NCBI GenBank assembly: GCA_030746535.1
Contig: JASLML010000001.1
Span: 368 to 64,367 of the forward strand
Length of the DNA: 64,000 nucleotides
Direction of reading: 5' to 3'
Source of the DNA: Fidelibacterota bacterium
GTDB taxonomy: Bacteria > Fidelibacterota > Marinisomatia > Marinisomatales > TCS55
The translations under genes were made by a program, and so were the position numbers. Below are positions 8,672 through 17,100 of this stretch, in pieces. The notes under the pieces were generated by a model, which searched no databases, was not told the DNA's origin, and saw only the letters and a program-made list of their open reading frames with translations. How positions within the stretch are numbered: position 1 is the stretch's first letter; each line of letters starts with the position of its first letter.

Positions 8672-9556
8672 ATGAAGTATTATGTACTAGTAAATCCGAA
8701 AGGCGGCATAAAGAAAGGTACGGGAATTCTTCAGAATGTCCGTCCGTTGTTTAATGCAGCAAATGCCGAGCTCAATGTGATTGAAACGGAATACGCTGGC
8801 CACGGAAGGGAATTGGCAAAGACGCTCGATTTTGAGGGATACGACGGACTTTGTGCTGTCGGAGGAGACGGCACTATGCATGAAATCATCAACGGACTGA
8901 TGAACCGTGCTGACGGAAGAAAAATTCCCATCGGACTGATAACCGGAGGAACAGGAAATTCATTTATGCATGATGTTGACTGTCTTGATCCGAAACAGGC
9001 AGTACAGCGAATTCTAACAGATAAACGAAGGACGATCGATGTAGCGAAGGTCGATGCCAGCGGCGAGATTATTTATGCATTTAATATTGTTGGTTGGGGT
9101 ATGCCTACAGATATCAATGAAATTGCTGAAAAACTAAGATGGCTGGGAGGACAACGGTATAATATTGCATCATTGATCGAGATTATGAGGTTCCGACAAA
9201 GGCTAGCAACATTGGAGTTAGAAGGAAATATTAAGGAAGGGGATTTTGGATTTGTTATCGGCTGCAATACGATTCACACAGGCCGCGGAATGAAAATGGC
9301 TCCACATGCCCAACTGAATGATGGATTGATTGATGTAATAGTAGCTCATAAATCGAGCCGGATAAAGCTATTAAAAATGTTTCCAAAAGTATTTTCTGGC
9401 GAACACATCGATGATCCGATCGTGGAATACCATCAAGTGAAGAAATTCTCCATTATACCCCAAGCTCAGGATAAATTAAATATAGATGGAGAAATTATCG
9501 GAAGTACACCGGTTAATGTTGAAGTTCTTCAAAGTGCTGTAGAGGTGCTTGTATAA
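8672..9556 (+). CDS. Diacylglycerol/lipid kinase family protein (YegS/BmrU-like)
   Basis: Catalytic-domain motifs VNPKGG..., GGDGTMHEIINGL and GTGNSF. Confidence 0.8.
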   Translation: MKYYVLVNPKGGIKKGTGILQNVRPLFNAANAELNVIETEYAGHGRELAKTLDFEGYDGLCAVGGDGTMHEIINGLMNRADGRKIPIGLITGGTGNSFMHDVDCLDPKQAVQRILTDKRRTIDVAKVDASGEIIYAFNIVGWGMPTDINEIAEKLRWLGGQRYNIASLIEIMRFRQRLATLELEGNIKEGDFGFVIGCNTIHTGRGMKMAPHAQLNDGLIDVIVAHKSSRIKLLKMFPKVFSGEHIDDPIVEYHQVKKFSIIPQAQDKLNIDGEIIGSTPVNVEVLQSAVEVLV

Positions 9557-9621
9557 TTGGAATCGCCGTTGTTTAGAAACATCTGACCGAATTATCTTCC
9601 GGACTCATTTTTACCAGAATC

Positions 9622-10437
9622 ATGGCAGAAAAAGGCAAAGGCAGAACCTTAATTAATTTCATCGGTATTCCGGCGATCCTTGCGCTCATTTGGGCAGGAG
9701 GCGTGTATTTTGCCTTGTTTATCGGGATCGCAGTTCTTCTTGCGATGAATGATTTTTACAATCTTTATGCAGGAAAAGGATATTTTCCTTCCAAGATTCT
9801 CGGAATGGGGGGCGGAATTTTGGTTCTCATTTTTTATAATTTTAATCTGGAAATATCTTCGCCTGAATTAATTGGCTCGATCCTTGTTTTTACATTTTTG
9901 ACGATGTTTTCTGAGCTTTTCCGCAAACGGGATCATTTTCTCGAAAATGTCACAATGACACTTTTCGGTATCCTTTATATTTCTGTATCGCTTGGATCTC
10001 TGATTCCTATGCGCGAGGCGGATACTGCGAACGGAACATTGTTAACATCGGCTGTTATTCTTGCAGTCTGGTTCTGTGATTCTGCCGCAATGGGTGCCGG
10101 TATGCTGTGGGGAAAAACAAAAATCGTTCCTTGGGCAAGCCCGAAAAAATCTGTACAAGGATCGCTGGGAGGATTGGCTGCTTCTTTCTGCGTATACACC
10201 ATTTTCAAATCGGGGAATATCGGCGGACTTGCATTATCCTGGACGGATGTTGCAGTATTATCGCTGATTGCGGGTTTCCTCGGCCAGATTGGTGATTTTA
10301 TGGAATCCTGGATGAAGCGTCAGGCAGGTGTGAAAGACAGTGGATCTTTCCTGATGGGGCACGGCGGAGTGCTGGACAGGTTTGATTCAATGATATTTGC
10401 CGCACCGCTTTCCTATGTTTATTTTTTGATTAGATAA
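9622..10437 (+). CDS. cdsA: Phosphatidate cytidylyltransferase
   Basis: Polytopic membrane protein with the CdsA C-terminal signature SWMKRQAGVKDSGSFLMGHGGVLDRFDS. Confidence 0.85.
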   Translation: MAEKGKGRTLINFIGIPAILALIWAGGVYFALFIGIAVLLAMNDFYNLYAGKGYFPSKILGMGGGILVLIFYNFNLEISSPELIGSILVFTFLTMFSELFRKRDHFLENVTMTLFGILYISVSLGSLIPMREADTANGTLLTSAVILAVWFCDSAAMGAGMLWGKTKIVPWASPKKSVQGSLGGLAASFCVYTIFKSGNIGGLALSWTDVAVLSLIAGFLGQIGDFMESWMKRQAGVKDSGSFLMGHGGVLDRFDSMIFAAPLSYVYFLIR

Positions 10438-10442
10438 GAAAG

Positions 10443-12260
10443 ATGGAATTACGAAGCATACTTGCCACTGACTGCGGAAGCACAACGACCAAAGCAATTC
10501 TGATAGAAAAAGTTGACGGTGAATTTCGCCTGAAGGTTCGCGGAGAAGCGCCAACAACCGTCGAAGCACCATTTGAGGATGTTACCAAAGGTGTTTTGAA
10601 CGCTGTTATGGAAGTGGAGGAACTGGCTGGAAGGAAACTGTTGGATGGCAATACAATCATTACTCCGTTGAACGGCGATACAGGCGTGGACATTTATATT
10701 TCAACGAGCTCAGCCGGAGGCGGACTGCAGATGATGGTGGCGGGTGTAGTAAAATCCATGACCGGTGAAAGTGCAGAACGGGCAGCATTGGGAGCCGGAT
10801 CCATTGTAATGGATGTATTGGCTTCGAATGATGGCAGAAAGCCGCATGAAAAGATAACTCGAATTCGTCAATTGCGTCCTGATATGATCTTATTATCAGG
10901 TGGTATTGATGGTGGTACAACAAAACATGTTGTAGAACTTGCAGAAATATTGGCTGCAGCAAATCCAAAACCACGTCTGGGACAGAATTATAAACTTCCC
11001 ATCATATATGCAGGAAATAATAAGGCAACGGATAAGATTCAGGATACCCTGGGTAACATCGCAGATTTGGATATAACAGAAAATATACGCCCGGTCCTTG
11101 AGCAGGAGAATCTTAAACCATCCCGTGATAAGATACATGATCTATTCATGGAGCACGTAATGCAACAGGCTCCAGGATATAAGAAATTGATGTCTTGGAC
11201 AGATGCGCCGATTATGCCCACTCCCGGCGCAGTCGGTGCCTTAATTGAAATGGTTGCTGAAAAAGAGAATATTTCCGTGGTTGGTGTAGATATCGGTGGA
11301 GCAACCACAGATATTTTTTCAGTATTTCAAAATCAGTTTAACCGAACAGTAAGCGCGAATCTGGGAATGAGCTATTCGATTTGCAATGTTTTTGCGGAAG
11401 CGGGTTTGGAGAATGTGCTGCGCTGGGTACCTTTTGATATTGATGATAAAGAATTGACCAATAGAATCGGCAACAAAATGATTCGCCCCACAACAGTTCC
11501 ACAGAGTTTGGAAGAACTGGTCATCGAGCAGGCAATTGCCCGGGAAGCACTCCGCCTTTCATTTATTCAGCATAAGGAATTTGCAGTGAATCTGAAAGGT
11601 GTACAAAAAGAGCGGACGATATCTGATGCATTTGAACAATCTGAATCCGGAGAATCGTTGGTGGATATGATGGAACTGGATCTTCTTGTTGGTTCTGGTG
11701 GCGTATTGTCTCATGCACCCCGCCGTGAACAGTCTGCTAGAATGTTAATCGATAGTTTTTTACCGGAAGGAATTACGCAACTGGCTGTAGATTCTATTTT
11801 CATGATGCCTCAGCTTGGTGTCATGGCAAACATTGAGAAAGAAGAGTTGGCAGAAGATGCCCGAACAGCTGCGTTGGAAGTTTTTGAAAAAGACTGCTTA
11901 ATTCGCCTCGGAACCTGTATTGCTCCATCTGGTGATGCAAAACAAAATTCTACAGTTTTAACGGCTCAATTAACCATGCCGGATGGGAATACAGAATCTC
12001 ATACAATACAGTTCGGAGATCTCGTTATGATTGAAGCTCCTTATGAGCCAATAAAGGCAAAATTGACTCCGGGGAAGGGAATGGACATTGGTGCAGGAAA
12101 AAATGAAATCATCGAATCCACGATCTACGGCGGTGTCGTTGGCATAATATTTGATGGTCGCGGCAGACCATTGAATATATCTACGGATTCTGAACAGCGA
12201 ATTTCTGATCTTTCAAAATGGTCCAAAGCTCTAAATGAATATCCAAAATTAAAGGTATAA
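10443..12260 (+). CDS. GlmL/MutL-like ASKHA-fold (actin/Hsp70 superfamily) ATPase, function unknown
   Basis: N-terminal phosphate-1 motif LATDCGSTTTKAILIEK and second nucleotide motif VGVDIGGATTDIFSVF, with GG-rich SSAGGGLQMMVAG and LLSGGIDGG. It resembles the glutamate mutase accessory protein GlmL family. 605 aa. Confidence 0.65.
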   Translation: MELRSILATDCGSTTTKAILIEKVDGEFRLKVRGEAPTTVEAPFEDVTKGVLNAVMEVEELAGRKLLDGNTIITPLNGDTGVDIYISTSSAGGGLQMMVAGVVKSMTGESAERAALGAGSIVMDVLASNDGRKPHEKITRIRQLRPDMILLSGGIDGGTTKHVVELAEILAAANPKPRLGQNYKLPIIYAGNNKATDKIQDTLGNIADLDITENIRPVLEQENLKPSRDKIHDLFMEHVMQQAPGYKKLMSWTDAPIMPTPGAVGALIEMVAEKENISVVGVDIGGATTDIFSVFQNQFNRTVSANLGMSYSICNVFAEAGLENVLRWVPFDIDDKELTNRIGNKMIRPTTVPQSLEELVIEQAIAREALRLSFIQHKEFAVNLKGVQKERTISDAFEQSESGESLVDMMELDLLVGSGGVLSHAPRREQSARMLIDSFLPEGITQLAVDSIFMMPQLGVMANIEKEELAEDARTAALEVFEKDCLIRLGTCIAPSGDAKQNSTVLTAQLTMPDGNTESHTIQFGDLVMIEAPYEPIKAKLTPGKGMDIGAGKNEIIESTIYGGVVGIIFDGRGRPLNISTDSEQRISDLSKWSKALNEYPKLKV

Positions 12261-12261
12261 G

Positions 12262-13389
12262 ATGGCACACGCATATACACCCGGTTTAAAGGTGCTGCAC
12301 GAAACGAAGATTGATAAGGAGCGCCGTTTGCCTTTGAAAGGTGAAGTGGTCGTTGAAAAGGGAACATCTGTGAATCCGGATGATATAGTTGCAAAAACAG
12401 ATCTCCCTGGAAACGTACAAATGGTAAATGTTGCCAACATACTCAATATTGATGCTCAGGACATCAATGAGGTTATGGACGTTAATGAAGGTGATACGGT
12501 GACTAAAGGCCAGCAGATCGCTGAAACGAAAGGTCTTTTTGGTTTATTTAAATCCAATGTGGAATCACCCGTTGATGGCACACTTGAGGTCATTTCAGAT
12601 ACAACTGGGCAAGTTGTATTGCGTGAACCTCCCATTCCTGTAGAAATTGATGCATACATGCGTGGTACAATTAAGGATGTGCTGCCAGAGGAGGGCGTGA
12701 TCATAGAATCTGATGGTGTATTCATCCAGGGTATTTTTGGAATCGGAGGAGAAAGCCGGGGAAATATTGTTGTGGCAACTCAAAATCGCGAAGGAGAAAT
12801 CACTGAAGAGATGATCACCAGCGAACATACTGGGAAAATCTTAGTCGGCGGTTCCTTTATCAGTTTGAAAGCCTATAAGAAAGCCATTCAAATGCAGGTA
12901 GCTGGTGTAGTTGTAGGCGGTTTCAATTATTTTGACCTTGAAGATATTTTGGGATATACGCTGGGTGTGGCAATAACCGGTTCGGAAGAACTAGCCACTT
13001 CTTTGATCATTACCGAAGGCTATGGTAAAATTCGCATGGGGCAAAGAACTTTTGATCTGCTGAAAGAACATAGCGGCAAATTCGCTTCGATAAATGGCGC
13101 CACCCAGATCCGTGCCGGGGTGATCCGTCCAGAGATCGTTATTTCATTAGCCAAAGAAGAATTAAAAGGTGATTCAAAAGATGTGGATGCATCTGAAGGA
13201 ATTCGAGAAGGAAGCTTGGTTCGTGTTATCAGGGCACCCCATTTTGGTCGTATTGGTAAAGTGGTGGAATTGACTCCAGAACTCCGCCAGATGGAATCTG
13301 AAACAATGGTTCGTATAGCAATTATTGAGATTGATGGAAAAAATGTCGAGATTCCACGGTCAAATTTAGAAATGGTAGAGACTGATTAA
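12262..13389 (+). CDS. Hypothetical protein with barrel-sandwich-hybrid (lipoyl/biotinyl/EIIA-like) motif and KOW/SH3-like C-terminus
   Basis: VNEGDTVTKGQQIAETKGLF....VESPVDGTLEVI matches the hybrid-motif pattern GDxVxxGxxI...xPxxGxV. The C-terminus GSLVRVIRAPHFGRIGKVVEL looks KOW-like. The start is 1 nt after the upstream stop. Confidence 0.5.
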   Translation: MAHAYTPGLKVLHETKIDKERRLPLKGEVVVEKGTSVNPDDIVAKTDLPGNVQMVNVANILNIDAQDINEVMDVNEGDTVTKGQQIAETKGLFGLFKSNVESPVDGTLEVISDTTGQVVLREPPIPVEIDAYMRGTIKDVLPEEGVIIESDGVFIQGIFGIGGESRGNIVVATQNREGEITEEMITSEHTGKILVGGSFISLKAYKKAIQMQVAGVVVGGFNYFDLEDILGYTLGVAITGSEELATSLIITEGYGKIRMGQRTFDLLKEHSGKFASINGATQIRAGVIRPEIVISLAKEELKGDSKDVDASEGIREGSLVRVIRAPHFGRIGKVVELTPELRQMESETMVRIAIIEIDGKNVEIPRSNLEMVETD

Positions 13390-13390
13390 C

Positions 13391-13717
13391 TTGGAAACAG
13401 CTGTCAAAACAAACATTCCTCAATCCTTATCTGAACAAGATATTCAATTCATCACTCGGATCGCAAAGCGTATACAAAGGTCAGGTTTTATTACTCCGGC
13501 CGTTTTCTTTTTAGAGATGGGCAAACCCTTGGCACTTTTGGGCAGTCATGCCATGGTTTTTTTCGGTCCTATCATCAATGCATTTATTCAAGCGGACGGC
13601 TATTACAGGGCCGCAGAGATTTTTGAAAAACCAGACAATATTGAATTTCTCATATCTGAAATAGAGCGTCTGGACAAAGAAGACTCTGAAATAAGAGGAG
13701 ATACCATTGAAAGATAA
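13391..13717 (+). CDS. Small hypothetical protein with one hydrophobic segment
   Basis: TTG start 1 nt after the upstream stop. Hydrophobic core ITPAVFFLEMGKPLALLGSHAMVFFGPIINAFI. No family recognised. Confidence 0.5.
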   Translation: METAVKTNIPQSLSEQDIQFITRIAKRIQRSGFITPAVFFLEMGKPLALLGSHAMVFFGPIINAFIQADGYYRAAEIFEKPDNIEFLISEIERLDKEDSEIRGDTIER

Positions 13718-14570
13718 ACAATTCTGGTTGGTCTTGGGTGGAATAACCTTGGCATTCCTGATATATTGGTTTGCAGGCCATCCTTTTTTCAACCACGATC
13801 GGATCGTCATGTTTATCGCCATTGTGGCTATGAGTGCAACACTGTTGTATTTCATACGAATGGCTGAACGAGGCGAAGATTTTTATTTACGTCCCATTCC
13901 CGGGCTGAAAGCTGTAGAAGAAGCAGTGGGTCGTTCAACAGAGATGGGAAAACCCGTATTGTACGTTCCCGGTATTATGGATATGGACCAGGTGGAAACG
14001 GTGGCAGGTGTTATTGTATTAGGACACGTTGCCAAGATGACCGCCAGGTATGAAACGTCCCTTAATGTGCCGGTGTCCCGTTCTATTGTTATGAAAGCTG
14101 CCAGAGAGGCATGCCGCGAATCCTACATGGTGGAAGGCCGCCCTGATATGTTCAACGAAGATATGGTACACTATTTGACCGATGACCAGTTTGCCTATGC
14201 AGCAGGTGTCAACGGCATCATGGTCAGGGAGAAACCTGCAGCCTGTTTGTATATGGGAAAATTCTATGCTGAATCCCTGATCCTGGCAGAGACTGGTAAT
14301 TCCATCGGTGCCATCCAGATCGCCGGAACAGCATCCCAAGCACAGATCCCATTCTTTGTGACAGCCTGTGATTATACATTGATCGGTGAAGAATTTTTCG
14401 CCGCCAGTGCATATCTTTCCAAAAAACCAGAACTAATTGGCGGAGTGAAAGGTCAAGATATGATCAAAGCGGCTGTGTTAACTCTTATCGTTGTTTCAGT
14501 TATTCTACGGATCCTTTATGAAACATGGGGGATAGGATTTGATATTATTAAACTTTTAACGGTGCAGTAG
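13707..14570 (+). CDS. Hypothetical membrane protein (N-terminal TMs, ~170-aa soluble domain, C-terminal TM)
   Basis: TTG start preceded by AAGAGGAG SD at a 6-nt spacing. Hydrophobic segments at both ends. No family recognised. Confidence 0.6.
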   Translation: MKDKQFWLVLGGITLAFLIYWFAGHPFFNHDRIVMFIAIVAMSATLLYFIRMAERGEDFYLRPIPGLKAVEEAVGRSTEMGKPVLYVPGIMDMDQVETVAGVIVLGHVAKMTARYETSLNVPVSRSIVMKAAREACRESYMVEGRPDMFNEDMVHYLTDDQFAYAAGVNGIMVREKPAACLYMGKFYAESLILAETGNSIGAIQIAGTASQAQIPFFVTACDYTLIGEEFFAASAYLSKKPELIGGVKGQDMIKAAVLTLIVVSVILRILYETWGIGFDIIKLLTVQ

Positions 14571-14580
14571 GAGGAGTGGA

Positions 14581-15405
14581 ATGATCTGGAAACGACAAAT
14601 ACCCATTCTCATTGTTGCTGTGGTTGGTACATTAACGCTTTTTGGCTGGTTCATTGAAGAGCCAAACATTGAAGCATTTGTGAATGATGATGCAACACAG
14701 TGGTATGATATTCTGGCCAGTTTTGCCATTATCCTTGGTGGATTAAACCTCATAAAGCTGCAGATGCAGAAGGTGGCCAAACAGCGAATAGGATGGCAAT
14801 ATAGCTTAGTGGCAATTGGTGGATTCATTTTCGCTATTACGGCGGGATTCATTATCAAAGGTGTGGATGATTCCGTGGCACTATGGGGCGCTCACGTGAC
14901 CACAGAAGGTTCAATGTTCAAATGGATGTTCGATTATATGTTTGCTCCCATGTCAGCGACCATGTTCTCTCTGCTGGCATTCTTTGTGGCCTCGGCATCA
15001 TTTAGAGCATTCAGGATACGAAACTTTGAAGCTACACTTTTATTAGTAGCGGGAATCATCATTATGATCGGCCGTGTTCCATTGGGGAGTGTGATCTCTT
15101 CATGGTTTGTCATGTATCTGTTGGTGCTCATTGCCGGAATTGGTGTGAATACATGGAAGAAGGATAAGATGATCACATTCGGAACAGTTGCTGTTGGGTT
15201 GGCTGCAGTTACCATTGCCGGAATGATGATGGGTTGGCCTGTGAATGAACCGGGAATATTCTATCTTCCCGTATTGCAGGAGTGGATCTATTACTATCCA
15301 AATGTTGCCGGCGCAAGAGCCATCATGATCGGTATCGGACTTGGAATCTTTGCGACATCCATCCGGTACATCCTTGGAATTGAAAAATCGTACATAGGAG
15401 AGTGA
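14581..15405 (+). CDS. Hypothetical polytopic membrane protein
   Basis: AGGAGGAG SD upstream. About 7 hydrophobic spans by eye. No transporter signature recognised. Confidence 0.65.
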   Translation: MIWKRQIPILIVAVVGTLTLFGWFIEEPNIEAFVNDDATQWYDILASFAIILGGLNLIKLQMQKVAKQRIGWQYSLVAIGGFIFAITAGFIIKGVDDSVALWGAHVTTEGSMFKWMFDYMFAPMSATMFSLLAFFVASASFRAFRIRNFEATLLLVAGIIIMIGRVPLGSVISSWFVMYLLVLIAGIGVNTWKKDKMITFGTVAVGLAAVTIAGMMMGWPVNEPGIFYLPVLQEWIYYYPNVAGARAIMIGIGLGIFATSIRYILGIEKSYIGE

Positions 15406-16253
15406 TCATGAAAGGTTTACAAGATTTTATATTGAAATTAGGACAGATCGATCGAAGATGGATCTTCCTTGCCATTGCTGTGGTTGTATTTATTCCTATC
15501 CTTAACCCCATTGGTATGCCCATCCGAGCAACAGATACGACGAAAGTTGTATTTGATGCGATTGAGGATCTTCCGGCAAATTCGAAAGTGTTGGTTTCTG
15601 TGGAATATAGTCCTAGTACCAAACCGGAAAATCATCCCATGACCATAAGTATCTTGCGTCATTTATTCAAAAATGATCACAAAGTATTTGTGACTTGCTT
15701 GTGGCCTGATGGTCAGTTTATGGCTCAGGAAGCATTGGAAGAGGTCGCTGTTGGTGAATTCAACAAGATATATGGTGAGGATTATGTTTTTCTGGGCTTC
15801 AGGCCGGGAAATGAAGCAGTTGTAAAGGGGATCGTCAGCAATATCCGGAAATTATATACAGTGGATGTTCATCAAACAAAGGTGGATGAAATACCACTCA
15901 TGAAAGATGTGAATAAATTCAGCGATTTTGATTTTCTATTTTCATCATCCGCCGGTTTCCCGGGAACCATTGAGTGGGTTCAGTATGCAGCAGATCCCAC
16001 AGGAGTTCCTATGAGTTCCGGAGTAACGTCCATCCAGGTGAATGAGGTCATGCCTTATGTGCAATCAGGACAGATGAAGGGTGTATTGGCAGGAATGCCG
16101 GGAGCAGCAGAATATGAAGCTCTCATTGGACAAAAGGGATTTGCTACCAGCGGAATGGATGCACAATCCATAGCTCACCTGGTCATTGTGTTATTCATCA
16201 TTTTAGGTAATTTGGCTTTCTTCGTCGAACGTCAAAGATCCAAGAAGTATTAA
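15402..16253 (+). CDS. Hypothetical bitopic membrane protein (TM at each end, ~220-aa central domain)
   Basis: GTG start overlaps the upstream TGA (GTGA), or an ATG at 15408 could be used. The architecture resembles the 13707..14570 product. Confidence 0.6.
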   Translation: MIMKGLQDFILKLGQIDRRWIFLAIAVVVFIPILNPIGMPIRATDTTKVVFDAIEDLPANSKVLVSVEYSPSTKPENHPMTISILRHLFKNDHKVFVTCLWPDGQFMAQEALEEVAVGEFNKIYGEDYVFLGFRPGNEAVVKGIVSNIRKLYTVDVHQTKVDEIPLMKDVNKFSDFDFLFSSSAGFPGTIEWVQYAADPTGVPMSSGVTSIQVNEVMPYVQSGQMKGVLAGMPGAAEYEALIGQKGFATSGMDAQSIAHLVIVLFIILGNLAFFVERQRSKKY

Positions 16254-16263
16254 GGAGTAAGAA

Positions 16264-17100
16264 ATGGAAACTACAGTCATTTTAGGTGCATGGGTTGCAG
16301 CATTTCTTACGCTGGGTATTTTCTCATACCTGTATAAGGATAATCCATTTTATAAGATCGCTGAACATTTATTTGTAGGTATTTCAGCAGGATACTGGAT
16401 ATCTATTTTCTTTTGGACACAGATTCAACCCAACCTGTTTGGCCGGCTTTGGCCGTCATCGGAATACAGCGATTCATTCTGGTACTCGATCTATAATGGT
16501 CTTGGCTTTCTGTCTTCGGCCGTTTTTCCTGAAGGTGGTATTGATAAAGGTCATGGGCTGGACCCTATTTATATCATACCACTAATATTGGGAGTCATGA
16601 TGCTCTTGAGTTTGATCCCCAAGGTTAACTGGTTTGCCCGCTGGGGTATTGCTTATACGGTGGGAATGGCAGCGGGCCTCAGGGCTTACGGCTATTTGAA
16701 CTCAAATGTAATCGGCCAGATAAAGGGAACAGCTGCAAACCTGGCTGACCCCAATTTACCGTTCTTTAGTTTGACTTCTCCATCCACGTTCAACGGTATT
16801 GTGATCCTTGTAGGGACCATAACGGGATTGATCTACTTTTATTTTTCCAAAGAACATAAAGGTGTCTTGGGAAAAGCATCCCGAATTGGGATTTATTTCC
16901 TAATGATCAGTTTTGGAGCATCTTTTGGTTTTGCGGTTATGGGTCGTATTTCTCTCTTAATTGGCCGGTTTGTTGATCTGATCAAGTTCAGCGGCAGTGA
17001 TTATCATCATGCGCCGATTTGGATTCTGGTATTCATGCTGATTATTTTAGGATACGGAGCTTTTAGAGATAAGGGTAGCAATACTACTCAATCGGCTTAA
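16264..17100 (+). CDS. Hypothetical polytopic membrane protein
   Basis: AAGGAG SD upstream. About 7-8 hydrophobic spans by eye. No family recognised. Confidence 0.65.
   Translation: METTVILGAWVAAFLTLGIFSYLYKDNPFYKIAEHLFVGISAGYWISIFFWTQIQPNLFGRLWPSSEYSDSFWYSIYNGLGFLSSAVFPEGGIDKGHGLDPIYIIPLILGVMMLLSLIPKVNWFARWGIAYTVGMAAGLRAYGYLNSNVIGQIKGTAANLADPNLPFFSLTSPSTFNGIVILVGTITGLIYFYFSKEHKGVLGKASRIGIYFLMISFGASFGFAVMGRISLLIGRFVDLIKFSGSDYHHAPIWILVFMLIILGYGAFRDKGSNTTQSA

Noticed and set aside
10443-12260. Calling this locus a glutamate (methylaspartate) mutase or aminomutase fermentation operon on the strength of the GlmL-like protein.
   Set aside because: No B12-binding subunit (DxHxxG motif), mutase catalytic subunit, methylaspartase or radical-SAM aminomutase gene occurs anywhere in the window.
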